DNA of 64,000 nt. It comes from an uncultured Candidatus Saccharibacteria bacterium. Lineage in GTDB: Bacteria > Patescibacteriota > Minisyncoccia > Phycocordibacterales > Phycocordibacteraceae. Of this stretch, positions 35,158 through 45,182 are shown piece after piece; within the stretch, counting starts at the first letter, position 1; each line of letters opens with the position of its first letter. Below the pieces are notes generated by a model. That model saw only the letters and a list, made by a program, of their open reading frames with translations, ran no database searches and was not told the origin of the DNA. Both the position numbers and the translations under genes were made by a program. The DNA lies in assembly GCA_964638585.1 (NCBI GenBank), contig CAZXAN010000004.1:708-64707 (forward strand). The letters run 5' to 3'.

Positions 35158-36348
35158 ATGCAACGAAACATTCTTATCGGAGCGGGGGTGGTGGTACTGC
35201 TAGGGATAGCGGTTGTTGGATATTTGGTTTTCTCTAGTCGTCAACCCAGTATTGACGTAGCGCCAGAGGGCACTTCCAGTCTACCAGTGGCAGAACAGGG
35301 AGTTGCTCCTACAACAGGGCAAGCATCTCCTCCAACAGGAGTGCCTATCGCAGTGACGACACGACTTGTGCAGATAACAGTGGGTCCTGTCGTACCTGGC
35401 GAAGTTGTTATAAATATTAAAGCGTCTTCAACGACTCCTGCTGATACTATTGTTAAATACATCAATCGCGAGAGTGGAAATGTCTACACTTATGCCACAA
35501 AGGCTAAAGCGCTGACGCGGACAAGTAACAGAACTCTCCCAGGCATACAGTCAGCAGAGTGGTTACCAGATGCGTCTCTCGCATTTGTGCAGTATCTCTC
35601 TGGCGAGAATTTCTCAACTATTAACACGTATGCTCTACCAGCGATTGGCTTTGGCGGATTCTTTTTATCGCAGAATCTTTCTGATATTGCAGTATCTTCA
35701 ACATCTCTGCTCACGCTCGCTTCTGCTGTAAACGGATCTTCTGCCTCTCTCTTGCGTACAGACGGTACACGCCCCTCGTCTATTTTTACCACACCGCTCT
35801 CTGCCATTCGCATCTCGTTTGCCGGCAAGAATCAATATCTCGTTTTTACTAAGCCCTCAATGACTCTCGCTGGGTACGCGTATCTTGTTGACGGCGCTGG
35901 GGTGTTCACAAAGATTGCAGGGCCACGCAAAGGTCTTTCAGCTCTTGCGAGTCCTCTAGGCAAATGGGTTCTCATTAGCTATGCAGATGGCGGGACAATG
36001 CATCTAGAACTTATTAGTATTGCCACAGGAGAGTCTCTGCCTCTACCTGTCGCAACGATAGCTGACAAGTGCGTGTGGGCTGCAAACGACTCTGCTGTAT
36101 ATTGTGGTATACCGGTTAATCCGTCTGCATCGTTTAACTACCCAGACGATTGGTATCAGGGGGCAGTATCCTTCTCTGACAGGATTTGGAGAATAGACAC
36201 GTCTGGTCGTTATGCTCAGCTTGTGCTGGATTTTTCTAAAGAGACAGAAAAGCCTCTTGATGCATATGCGCTCGCGGTTGACCCATCTAACACTGCTCTC
36301 GTATTTGTAAACAAAAACGACTCTTCTCTTTGGATTTATCAGCTCTAG
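35158..36348 (+). CDS. N-terminally membrane-anchored extracellular protein, T4SS-locus associated
   Basis: One TM helix (ILIGAGVVVLLGIAVVGYLVF) followed by about 370 aa extracytoplasmic region. Confidence 0.45.
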   Translation: MQRNILIGAGVVVLLGIAVVGYLVFSSRQPSIDVAPEGTSSLPVAEQGVAPTTGQASPPTGVPIAVTTRLVQITVGPVVPGEVVINIKASSTTPADTIVKYINRESGNVYTYATKAKALTRTSNRTLPGIQSAEWLPDASLAFVQYLSGENFSTINTYALPAIGFGGFFLSQNLSDIAVSSTSLLTLASAVNGSSASLLRTDGTRPSSIFTTPLSAIRISFAGKNQYLVFTKPSMTLAGYAYLVDGAGVFTKIAGPRKGLSALASPLGKWVLISYADGGTMHLELISIATGESLPLPVATIADKCVWAANDSAVYCGIPVNPSASFNYPDDWYQGAVSFSDRIWRIDTSGRYAQLVLDFSKETEKPLDAYALAVDPSNTALVFVNKNDSSLWIYQL

Positions 36349-36398
36349 TGATGATAAAAAGTAAAACCACCGACCCGTTGTCGAGTCGGCGGTTATCA

Positions 36399-36917
36399 CT
36401 ATCTCCAGAACATCTTAATCGGGAGCTTCTCGCTCGCAAGGATTTGGGCGAGATCAAGAAAGTCGGCATCCAGCATTCGTACACATCCACTGCTCACACG
36501 TTTGCCGATAGAACTGGGAACTGTTGTCCCGTGGATACGCAGAGGTTTGTTCGTCCAACCTTGGGGGAAGGCTAGAAGCATTTTGCCGGCGCCCATCATG
36601 TTACGAGGATCTCCATAGGGAATAATTGCTGGCAATAAAGACCCTTTGTGTTGCTCGGCATATGCATCACGCGATTTTTGCGTCGGATACCACGGAGCTT
36701 GTACTTGTATTTGCGTCACACTGCCTTCTATAGGAAGTTGGAGCTTTATATTTGGGCGAGCAACGGCAACCATATATTTCACTTTAATCTCACCATTCTG
36801 TACGACATAAAGGTGAGGAGGGTTCTCGCCGAACTTAACCTCTATAAAGGTCTCTGCTCTGGCACCCCATGGCGAACAAAAAAGAAAAAGAGCTACAACT
36901 ACCGTAAAAATTTTCAC
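36399..36917 (-). CDS. L,D-transpeptidase (YkuD family)
   Basis: Signal peptide; catalytic HGT...SSGCVRM motif. Confidence 0.75.
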   Translation of the reverse strand: MKIFTVVVALFLFCSPWGARAETFIEVKFGENPPHLYVVQNGEIKVKYMVAVARPNIKLQLPIEGSVTQIQVQAPWYPTQKSRDAYAEQHKGSLLPAIIPYGDPRNMMGAGKMLLAFPQGWTNKPLRIHGTTVPSSIGKRVSSGCVRMLDADFLDLAQILASEKLPIKMFWR

Positions 36918-36977
36918 TTGAATCTCCCTATGATTATCCAGCGGTTGAATTCCCGAAATACTCTATGACAGAACAGG

Positions 36978-37721
36978 TCAATTGTCCACAGCTTCTTTTT
37001 GTAGGGTGCGCCGCACATGAATTTCTTGCAGGGAGCCGGCAATGTTTGTTGTGATGAAGTATAGAGCGATTGCTCCAGAGGTGGTAAAGGAGATAACAGC
37101 AATAATGAAGGGGAATACGTATTTTAACTGCATGCCCATCATTTTTTGAAAGCTGGCTTGCATCCCGCCACCGTCTGACGGCTTCATTGTCCCTTGGAGC
37201 ATCATGTGGGCTTGAACGTACTGTGTGACGCCCGCGAGCACCGCTAGGACAATACTCTTGCCGGCAACAGAGATTATGCCAAGGAATTCTAACGAGACCC
37301 CTGTTGGCATTGGGGTAAATGTATATAGACGAGCAGTGTTGATCGCACTAACAGTTGAGAATGGTTCGTAATAAAAGACCCAGTACAGAGCAAGTAGAAC
37401 AGGCAATTGAATAAACACTGTTAAAATGCTCGCAAATGGGTTGACCTGCGCCTCTTTGTAGAGAGCGAGTGTCTCAAGAGCCTCTTTTTCTTTGTCTCCT
37501 TTGTGTTTTTCTTTTAACTCTTTTATCTTTGGCTCCAAGGTCTTCATTGCGCGTTGTGTCCGTGCGGCAGAGAGAGAGAAGGGGAGTAGTATGAGTCGTA
37601 TAACGATTGTTATGATGATAACCGCTATACCAACGTCAGAACCAGGAACAATCGCTACAAGCGCCACAAGGGCGTTATAGATCGGATCATAGAAGACTGC
37701 GTGGAAAAAAGAAGATATCAC
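36978..37721 (-). CDS. yidC: membrane protein insertase YidC (short form)
   Basis: YidC/Oxa1 5-TM core; located after rnpA as in the conserved rpmH-rnpA-yidC unit. Confidence 0.8.
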   Translation of the reverse strand: MISSFFHAVFYDPIYNALVALVAIVPGSDVGIAVIIITIVIRLILLPFSLSAARTQRAMKTLEPKIKELKEKHKGDKEKEALETLALYKEAQVNPFASILTVFIQLPVLLALYWVFYYEPFSTVSAINTARLYTFTPMPTGVSLEFLGIISVAGKSIVLAVLAGVTQYVQAHMMLQGTMKPSDGGGMQASFQKMMGMQLKYVFPFIIAVISFTTSGAIALYFITTNIAGSLQEIHVRRTLQKEAVDN

Positions 37722-37741
37722 AAAAGTATTCTACGCTAATT

Positions 37742-38050
37742 CTAGATTTTAGAAAGCAGTCCTGCTATTTCTGTCTTGATATCTTGGTATTTCATATTTG
37801 CGACTGATGCTTGTGGGAAGATTATTAGTGACTTTGGTAATTTGTCACAAGAACGAAGAGCCGAGAGCACTTGTCGTTTGATACGGTGTCGTGTGACAGA
37901 GAGCTTTGCCACCTTTTTAGACACAACTACTGCGTATCCACTGGATATTTTAGACGAAACAGCTTTGAAGTGTTGCGACGAGAAATGCCTCCCAAGCCCT
38001 AGTGCTGTAGAGAAATCGCCTTTTTTGAGACGTTTTTTGCTAGGGAACAC
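37742..38050 (-). CDS. rnpA: ribonuclease P protein component
   Basis: RLKKGDF...RNRIKRQ-type basic RNase P protein motif (HRIKRQVLSALR). Confidence 0.8.
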   Translation of the reverse strand: MFPSKKRLKKGDFSTALGLGRHFSSQHFKAVSSKISSGYAVVVSKKVAKLSVTRHRIKRQVLSALRSCDKLPKSLIIFPQASVANMKYQDIKTEIAGLLSKI

Positions 38051-38055
38051 GGCTT

Positions 38056-38193
38056 TTACGCTGTTAGGCGTTTGCGACCTATACGACGACGTTTTTGTAC
38101 AATTTTACGGCCAGAACTCGTTTTAGAGCGCGACAAGAAGCCGTGTGTCTTAGCACGCTTACGCTTCTTGGGTTGATATGTCATTTTTGCCAT
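38056..38193 (-). CDS. rpmH: 50S ribosomal protein L34
   Basis: Hand translation [45 protein letters not shown]; too short for the ORF track. Confidence 0.9.
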   Translation of the reverse strand: MAKMTYQPKKRKRAKTHGFLSRSKTSSGRKIVQKRRRIGRKRLTA

Positions 38194-38291
38194 ACTATTA
38201 TCAGAAATTAGGTTATACACATGATACTAACAGTTTCTCCACGAAACGCCAGGGTTACGTGACAGAATAATTCGCGTATACTCCTAACACT

Positions 38292-39650
38292 ATGGACAAA
38301 GGAAATACGAAGGAGCTTTGGGAGTACGTTCTGACGCAGGTAGAGTTATCAGTGTCCCCCGCAAATTTCAACACATGGTTTAGAAACAGTTTTATTGTAA
38401 AGATAGGAGAGGACGGGGTTGTATATCTTGGTGTGCCAAGCCAGTTCTTTAAAGACTGGTTCCTTAAAAAATTCCACACGCTCTTGCTTAAGATCGTTCG
38501 CGATGTTTCATATGAGTTTAGAAATATTGAGTATCTTATCGTGAAAGATGAGCATCGTAAGGTACAGAAAGATAATAGAAGTTCTCGTAATGTTGGCGCA
38601 ATGGAGCTCCCTCTAGATGAGTTCTATATAAACAAAAGCGACAATTTAAATCCAAGATACACTTTTGATTCTTTTGTAATAGGTTCTTTTAATGAGCTTG
38701 CTTATGCTGCGGCGCAGGCCGCTCTAGAACGTCCAGGGATAACATATAACCCTCTGTTTATATATGGAGACACGGGGAGAGGCAAGACTCATCTTATTCA
38801 AGCGATAGGTAACCAGTTTAAAAAACAGTACCCTGGGCGAAAGGTTTTTTATCTTACATCTGAAAAATTTGTTGTTGATTATACGGACTCGGTGCAAGCT
38901 GGCACTGCAAATAGATTTAAAGACAAATATCGCAACTATGATCTTCTTATTATGGACGATGTCCAGTTTTTATCAAAAAAAGAGCGTAGCGAGGAGGAAT
39001 TGTTCCATTTGTTTAATGCTTTACACGATACAAACAAACAAATTATATTCTCTTCTGATCGGTCGCCTGTGGCTATCCCAGACATAGCAGAACGCCTTAA
39101 AGGGCGTCTTGCCAGTGGAATGACGGTAGACATAGGAGAGCCGGACAGCGAATCCCGTATGGCGATTGTTAGGAGAAAAACATCTATGCACGGGGTTTTG
39201 TTGTCTGATGATGTTATTGAATACGTTGCAACATCTATGAACGGGTCAATAAGGGAGCTTGAGGGGATGATAAACAGCATAATATGTCACGCGCAGATGA
39301 AAGGGTCTGCTCCAGACATAATAGACGTTAAACAATCATTAAGATCGTTTGCTAGACCTCAAAAAAACATATCTGTTAAAAATGTAGTTGATAAGGTTGC
39401 AGAATATTATGGAATTGATGAAGAAAGTGTTTATGAAAAGACTCGTAGAAGAGAGGTTGTACGCCCTCGTCAGGTAATTATGTATATCTTAAGAGAAGAC
39501 TTCAGTATTTCTTATCCTACAATAGGTACAAAACTTGGTGGTAGGGACCACACGACAGTTATCCACTCCTGTGAGAAGATAAAGAGGGAAATTGTTGTGA
39601 ATAGCGAGTTAGCAAAAGAGATTCAAAATATTCGCACACTTCTTGTATGA
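38292..39650 (+). CDS. dnaA: chromosomal replication initiator DnaA
   Basis: AAA+ domain (GDTGRGKTHL), sensor motifs, C-terminal DnaA-box binding HTH. Confidence 0.9.
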   Translation: MDKGNTKELWEYVLTQVELSVSPANFNTWFRNSFIVKIGEDGVVYLGVPSQFFKDWFLKKFHTLLLKIVRDVSYEFRNIEYLIVKDEHRKVQKDNRSSRNVGAMELPLDEFYINKSDNLNPRYTFDSFVIGSFNELAYAAAQAALERPGITYNPLFIYGDTGRGKTHLIQAIGNQFKKQYPGRKVFYLTSEKFVVDYTDSVQAGTANRFKDKYRNYDLLIMDDVQFLSKKERSEEELFHLFNALHDTNKQIIFSSDRSPVAIPDIAERLKGRLASGMTVDIGEPDSESRMAIVRRKTSMHGVLLSDDVIEYVATSMNGSIRELEGMINSIICHAQMKGSAPDIIDVKQSLRSFARPQKNISVKNVVDKVAEYYGIDEESVYEKTRRREVVRPRQVIMYILREDFSISYPTIGTKLGGRDHTTVIHSCEKIKREIVVNSELAKEIQNIRTLLV

Positions 39651-39761
39651 ATATAATTCATTGTTTATCAACATCTTATATAAAAAATACTTACTGTAAT
39701 TGCTTGTATATAAGCTGTATTTCATACTTATGAACTTATCAACATCCCTAATAAGAATTGT
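39651..39761. promoter_or_regulatory. candidate oriC segment: AT-rich dnaA-dnaN intergenic region with two TTATCAACA DnaA-box-like 9-mers
   Basis: TTATCAACA at 39665-39673 and 39736-39744 (one mismatch to TTATCCACA) in a 111 bp AT-rich spacer; TTATACACA at 38213-38221 upstream of dnaA. Confidence 0.4.
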
Positions 39762-40862
39762 ATGATTGTTTCAATTGAAAAAAAGAAATTCGCAGAAGCT
39801 GTGTATATTGTATCTCGCTTTGCTGAAAAGAAGAGCTCAACACTTCCTGCTCTCTCATCAATTCTAATAATTGCAGGCGATGAGGGTATAAAAATGAGAG
39901 CTACGAATCTTGAGACAGGAATAGATCTAAAACTAGAAGGGGAGTGTACTACAAAAGGTGTTGTTGCTGTACCAGCGACAATCCTAGGTCAAGTCGCCGG
40001 ATCATTTACTCAAGATGGCAAAATAACAATAGAACACACAGGAGATACCGTCTCAATAACAAGCGGTAATAGTAAAAGTTCTATAAAAACTGTTCCTTAT
40101 GATGATTTCCCATCAATACCATTTCCTGAAAATCCAAAGAATAGAGTAATACTCCCAGGCATTCTTCTAAGATCTCTTTTTAGTGCAGTTGCCTCTTGTG
40201 CATCACCATCTACAGTTCGCCCAGAGCTATCAAGTATCTATATATCAATAGAAGGAGGAGTTCTAACTGCCGTTGCTACAGACTCATTTAGACTCGCTGA
40301 AAAAAAAGTTCCACTAACAAACAAAGGAACTCAAGGAAGGTTTTTAATACCAGCCAAAAACGCTATTGATATAGCACAAGCTCTACCAGATGACGATATA
40401 ATTATGTCATTTGATGAACACCAATGCGCGTTTGTTGCAGGGACAGGAATGTTGGTTTCTAGACTCACAAATGCAGTTTACCCAGACTACCGCCAAATAA
40501 TACCCAAAGAGTCTATAGTCGAGGCTAATGTACTACGAAAAGATTTTGAAAGCACTCTAAAAAGAACAACAATATTTTCTGACTCTTTCCAAAAAGTTAG
40601 AATAAATTTTGATAAAAAAAAGAATCAGCTCTCTTTCTTTGCAAAAAATGCTGATATAGGAGAATCATCAGAAGCAATAAATGCAAAAATATCAGGAAGC
40701 CCTCTAGAAATATCGTTCAACCACAGATATTTATCATCGGTGTTGTCTCTGACCAGCGCAGAGAGCCTGTCTATTACCGCCGCGGGAATAGGGCGACCTC
40801 TGATAATAAAAGGAGTTGGTGACACATCTCTTCTATACCTCGTGTCCCCAATGAATCAATAA
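39762..40862 (+). CDS. dnaN: DNA polymerase III beta sliding clamp
   Basis: Three-domain beta-clamp length (366 aa) and motifs, directly downstream of dnaA. Confidence 0.9.
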   Translation: MIVSIEKKKFAEAVYIVSRFAEKKSSTLPALSSILIIAGDEGIKMRATNLETGIDLKLEGECTTKGVVAVPATILGQVAGSFTQDGKITIEHTGDTVSITSGNSKSSIKTVPYDDFPSIPFPENPKNRVILPGILLRSLFSAVASCASPSTVRPELSSIYISIEGGVLTAVATDSFRLAEKKVPLTNKGTQGRFLIPAKNAIDIAQALPDDDIIMSFDEHQCAFVAGTGMLVSRLTNAVYPDYRQIIPKESIVEANVLRKDFESTLKRTTIFSDSFQKVRINFDKKKNQLSFFAKNADIGESSEAINAKISGSPLEISFNHRYLSSVLSLTSAESLSITAAGIGRPLIIKGVGDTSLLYLVSPMNQ

Positions 40863-40866
40863 TTTT

Positions 40867-43023
40867 TTATTGCTCTGGTGATAGAGGAGGCTCTTGAGTA
40901 TAAGAAATAGGAACGAATATGGGTGGATTTGTGAACATCTCAGGATGAGACGAATACCACGAAGCTACACCATACTCCCAACGAGAAAACTGAGAGTCTC
41001 TAGATGGGTCTGTAGGAGGAGGCCCCAGAGGGTTTGTTTTATCCGTCCAATATAAAAGATCGTGGGGTACAATGTTTCCGTTCATGTCTGGCGTTTGCCA
41101 GTCACCACGCAACATTGGAGGCACAGAAGACAATATTGGACTAGGCTCTCCGAAATACTCGCGCGGATACTTTGTTAACGCGTATGCCATAGCAGCGTGC
41201 CACATAGGAGCAGCAATCAGACCGGCAACAGACTTAACCACAGGAGCGTTGTCATTATTGCCGATCCACACACCCATTGCGATAGATGGGGTGTATCCAA
41301 TAACCCAAGCGTCTCTAGTGTCGTTTGTAGTACCTGTCTTGGCGGCCACATCATAGTTTGGGAAAGAAAGAGGAGAAGAGAGGGACGCAGACCTGGCTCT
41401 TGAGTCTGACAGCATTGCTGACATGTCGCGAGCAGTCTGTTCTGGCAACACCTGAGACGGCTGGGGTGTAAATTGTGACAAGATATTTCCGTTTGTATCA
41501 TCTATTTCAAGTATTCCAGTAGGAGGGTTTTTAATTCCATCATTTGCAAAGACAGAATATGCGCTAGTTAGATCAAGAAGGCGGACTTCTCCACCTCCAA
41601 GAACAAGAGTAAGGCCGTACTGGTCTGGGTCTCCAAGAGTTGTAAGACCGAATGCCTTGGCCAAGTTTATGGCGTTTTGTATACCAACAAGATATAAGAC
41701 CTTGATTGCAGGAATGTTAATTGATTTGGCAAGAGCAGCCTCAAACGTGACAGGACCTCTAAACGTATTGTCAAAATTGTCTGGAGCATAGCAAGGCGGT
41801 TTGCTGTTGTATATATCAGACGGACTGCATTTGGTTGAAAATTGCGTAGGGGTGTCAAAGACAACGGTATTTCGTGTGTACCCCCTCATTAGTGCAAGAG
41901 AGTAGATAAAAGGCTTCATAGTAGAGCCTGGTTGGCGAGAGGCTAGCGTTGCGTTAAATTGCCCGTCTATTTCTTTATCAAAGAAATTTCTAGAGCCCAC
42001 CATTGCAAGTATCTGTCCTGTAGACGGATCAATCGCAACAAGAGAGGCGTTTGAGGCGTTAAATTTTTTCTCATTCTCAAGCGCATATTGGTTCACTATA
42101 GACTCTGCTTTTGTGTTAAGATCTGCGTCCAGAGTTGTTATCACCTTCATTCCAGAGGTAAGAGAGTTCGCTCCATACATCTCTTCAATCTTGCTCAAAA
42201 TATAAAATACAAAGTGAGGGGCTATTACTGAATTCTTACCGGCCGTGGAGAAGACAACCTCTTCTTTTTTTGCGGACTCGTAGACCTCTTTGTTTATAAA
42301 ACCCAGAGTACTCATTCTCTCTAGAACCATGTTCTTTCTTGAAGACAACTCAGCACGATGTGACCCATATGGAGAATAGTATGTAGGGGCAGGAATCATT
42401 GCAGAGAGATACGCGGCTTGGGCGACAGACAAATCTTTTGCCGGAAGACCAAAATACGCCTCAGAAGCTGCCTCCACTCCATAAAGAGTCCCTCCATAAG
42501 GAACGTTGTTTAGATAAGCCTCTAAAATGTAGTCTTTTGAATAAACCCCCTCAAGTTTCATTGCGAGAACCCATTCGTGTATTTTGCGTATAATACTCTT
42601 TTTGTTTGTAAGCAGAGTGTTCTTAACAACTTGTTGGGTGATAGTAGAGCCGCCCTGAGAAAGAGACCCTCCAAAGATGTCAGCGAGCATTGCACGGATG
42701 ATTGAAGTGATACGAATACCGCCGTGAGAATAAAAACTAGAGTCCTCTGTAGCCAGAATGGCGTTTATGACATTTGGTGACATGTTTGCCAAAGGTATTA
42801 CATCTCTCTTTGCGTCTCTGTTGTAATCATAAAGAAGAATCTGTCCGGTGCGGTCGTATATCTTGGTGGACTGGTCAACCTGTCTAGACGCAAACGAGCT
42901 AATGTCAGGGGTTGGGGTAATAGCAACAGCAACAAAAACGCTCCCTGCAACAAGGAATCCGAGCCCGAACAGAGCTAAAACAGAAGCAACAAGCGTGTGT
43001 CGCCACTTCTCAAGAGTCTTCAT
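40867..43023 (-). CDS. class A penicillin-binding protein (PBP1A; glycosyltransferase + transpeptidase)
   Basis: N-terminal TM anchor; GT51 motifs (EDSSFYSHGGI, RQPGSTMKP-like); transpeptidase SxxK / SxN / KTG (STMKP...KTGTTN). Confidence 0.85.
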   Translation of the reverse strand: MKTLEKWRHTLVASVLALFGLGFLVAGSVFVAVAITPTPDISSFASRQVDQSTKIYDRTGQILLYDYNRDAKRDVIPLANMSPNVINAILATEDSSFYSHGGIRITSIIRAMLADIFGGSLSQGGSTITQQVVKNTLLTNKKSIIRKIHEWVLAMKLEGVYSKDYILEAYLNNVPYGGTLYGVEAASEAYFGLPAKDLSVAQAAYLSAMIPAPTYYSPYGSHRAELSSRKNMVLERMSTLGFINKEVYESAKKEEVVFSTAGKNSVIAPHFVFYILSKIEEMYGANSLTSGMKVITTLDADLNTKAESIVNQYALENEKKFNASNASLVAIDPSTGQILAMVGSRNFFDKEIDGQFNATLASRQPGSTMKPFIYSLALMRGYTRNTVVFDTPTQFSTKCSPSDIYNSKPPCYAPDNFDNTFRGPVTFEAALAKSINIPAIKVLYLVGIQNAINLAKAFGLTTLGDPDQYGLTLVLGGGEVRLLDLTSAYSVFANDGIKNPPTGILEIDDTNGNILSQFTPQPSQVLPEQTARDMSAMLSDSRARSASLSSPLSFPNYDVAAKTGTTNDTRDAWVIGYTPSIAMGVWIGNNDNAPVVKSVAGLIAAPMWHAAMAYALTKYPREYFGEPSPILSSVPPMLRGDWQTPDMNGNIVPHDLLYWTDKTNPLGPPPTDPSRDSQFSRWEYGVASWYSSHPEMFTNPPIFVPISYTQEPPLSPEQ

Positions 43024-43170
43024 AACTCTATGCTAACACTCTATTTAATATTTCTCTTCTTCTTCGACGGCGAACTCGTCTAAGACGGCTTCCTCGTCGA
43101 GAACTTTTTCTTCATCGTCAAACATATGACTTATATGTACCAAAAATCTATTTTTGTGCAAGGGTCTTTA

Positions 43171-43650
43171 TCACTGTGTGTTGATATTAGAAAAAGCGAG
43201 CGCTGTAATGCCGATGCCGATAGCATCAAGCTCATCGTCCAACCGCTTCTTTTTAGACAGTGCTAGGAGCCGAGGAATCATTTTCGCTACCTCTGCTTTA
43301 CTTGCGCCCCCGTGACCAGTCACCGCGACTTTTACCTGTTGAGGTGAACACTCTATAACCGGGATGTGTAAAATACCGGCGGCGGCTAAAATAGCCCCGC
43401 GCGCTTCGGCTACGCCAATCGCTGTTTTAATATTTGCATTAAAAAAAAGTGTTTCAATAGCGAGCGCGTCCGGGCTGTATTTTTTTATCGCGCCAGTAAT
43501 CGCGCGAGACACGCGCGCGAGACGCTCCTCGCGCGCGCCCTTCTGGGGTTGAATACAGTCGCTCCAGACCAGCGTCGGCCGCGAAGGGTCGCCCTCAATC
43601 ACGGCAATTCCCATCCGGTCGTACCCAGGGTCAATCGCCAGTATTTTCAT
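43171..43650 (-). CDS. ruvC: Holliday junction resolvase RuvC
   Basis: MKILAIDPGYDRMGIAV...E...D catalytic residues of RuvC. Start placed at MKILAID (ORF extends to 43830). Confidence 0.85.
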   Translation of the reverse strand: MKILAIDPGYDRMGIAVIEGDPSRPTLVWSDCIQPQKGAREERLARVSRAITGAIKKYSPDALAIETLFFNANIKTAIGVAEARGAILAAAGILHIPVIECSPQQVKVAVTGHGGASKAEVAKMIPRLLALSKKKRLDDELDAIGIGITALAFSNINTQ

Positions 43651-44185
43651 AGCCACTCGCGTTGGTGAATACCTGTTGGACGTCTTCGTGGTCGTCGAGC
43701 GCAGTGAGAATAGAAGAAAGCTTTTCTCCATCGGAATCTGACAGTTCCATAAGCGGCTCGTTCGGCGTGTATGCTCCTCCTGTCTTAGTAAAAGCCCAGG
43801 TGGCAGCTCCGGGGCTTGATAGCTCGACATTCTCTAGGACCAAGAGATGCTTAATCTCTTGCGTCGTGCGATTTTTGTTGTCGGTAAGGGCGTCGACGAG
43901 AATGGCGACACCGCCAGGGCCATAAGCTTCGTAGAGAACCTGCTCCAGCTCGCCAGAATCTTTTGATGAGCCTTTGGCTATTGCGCGTTCTATATTTTCT
44001 TTTGGCATATTCACGGCCTTGGCGCGCGAGATAGCCATCGCTAATCCTGGAGCAGTGAGGACTCCATTGGCCCTTTTGGCCTCCATCGCTATAAGCCGCG
44101 CATAGCGCGAGAATACACGGCTCCTCGCCGCGTCGGTAACCGACTTCTGCCTCTTAATCTGCGACCACTTAGAGTGTCCGGACAT
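43631..44185 (-). CDS. yebC: YebC/PmpR-family transcriptional regulator
   Basis: MSGHSKWSQIKRQK N-terminal YebC signature. Confidence 0.8.
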   Translation of the reverse strand: MSGHSKWSQIKRQKSVTDAARSRVFSRYARLIAMEAKRANGVLTAPGLAMAISRAKAVNMPKENIERAIAKGSSKDSGELEQVLYEAYGPGGVAILVDALTDNKNRTTQEIKHLLVLENVELSSPGAATWAFTKTGGAYTPNEPLMELSDSDGEKLSSILTALDDHEDVQQVFTNASGYENTGD

Positions 44186-44186
44186 A

Positions 44187-45182
44187 TTAAAATAATTCTA
44201 CTTCGCCCTTGAGATACGCGCGGCCCTTGGGAGTGAGGATGCGACCGCGCGAGGAGCGCTCCAAGAGGCCGAGGCGCAGGAGATACGGCTCATAGACGTT
44301 CTCAACAGTGTCAGGGTCTTCGTGGAGTGCTGAGGCGATGGCGCGGACACCGGCGGGGCCACCGCGGAAGCTTGTGAGTAGAGCTTCTAGATATCTGCGA
44401 TCGTCTTTTGTTAATCCTAGCTCATCAATTCCAAATAATTTGCAGGCTTCGTCAAAGAGCTTGATAGAAATTTCGCGCTCATGAACCTCAGAGAAGTCGC
44501 GAACACGCTTGAGAAGCGCGTTCGCGACTCTGGGCGTTGCGCGACTCCGCGCCGCGATCTTTTCAATAACATCTTCAGGCGCTTTTAGTTCAAGAAGGGA
44601 AGCGGAGCGACGGATAATATCCCGCAGGTCGTCGTCACTATAAAAATCCAATTGGTACGTCCCGCCACCGAATCGCGAGCGCAACGGGCCGGAGAGTTCG
44701 GCCACTCTCGTCGTCGCACCGACTAGCGTAAAGGCCGGCAACGCGAGCTCTACTGTGCGTGCAGACGGCCCCTTACCGAGAATGATATCCAAATGCCCAG
44801 ATTCTAGCGCGGGATATAAAAGTTCTTCTATTTTTCTTGAGAGCCTGTGAATCTCATCTATAAACAAGACCGTGTTTGGCTCGAGGTTCGTGAGAATCGC
44901 GGCGAGGTCGCCCGCGCGCTCTATCGCGACACCAGAAGTACTTTTCAGCGGCGATCCGAGCGTCGCGGCGACGAGGTGCGCGAGGGTAGTCTTACCAACT
45001 CCCGGCGGGCCATAGAAGAGAATGTGTTCTGGCATGCTACCGCGCTTTTTCGCCGCATCAATAGACACGCGCACGTTCGCTTTCACTTGTTTTTGTCCGA
45101 CATATTCGTCCCAATGGCTCGGCCGGAGAGCCGAGTCTAGAGAAGATGGAGGTGCTACATCATTTTTTGTAGGGCTTGACAT
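44187..45182 (-). CDS. ruvB: Holliday junction branch migration ATPase RuvB
   Basis: RPSHWDEYVGQ...GPPGVGKTTLA Walker A, sensor motifs, winged-helix C-terminus. Confidence 0.9.
   Translation of the reverse strand: MSSPTKNDVAPPSSLDSALRPSHWDEYVGQKQVKANVRVSIDAAKKRGSMPEHILFYGPPGVGKTTLAHLVAATLGSPLKSTSGVAIERAGDLAAILTNLEPNTVLFIDEIHRLSRKIEELLYPALESGHLDIILGKGPSARTVELALPAFTLVGATTRVAELSGPLRSRFGGGTYQLDFYSDDDLRDIIRRSASLLELKAPEDVIEKIAARSRATPRVANALLKRVRDFSEVHEREISIKLFDEACKLFGIDELGLTKDDRRYLEALLTSFRGGPAGVRAIASALHEDPDTVENVYEPYLLRLGLLERSSRGRILTPKGRAYLKGEVELF

Noticed and set aside
43048-43125. 25-aa acidic peptide ORF (MFDDEEKVLDEEAVLDEFAVEEEEKY) on the minus strand between ruvC and the PBP gene
   Set aside because: No RBS and very short; could be real but unsupported.
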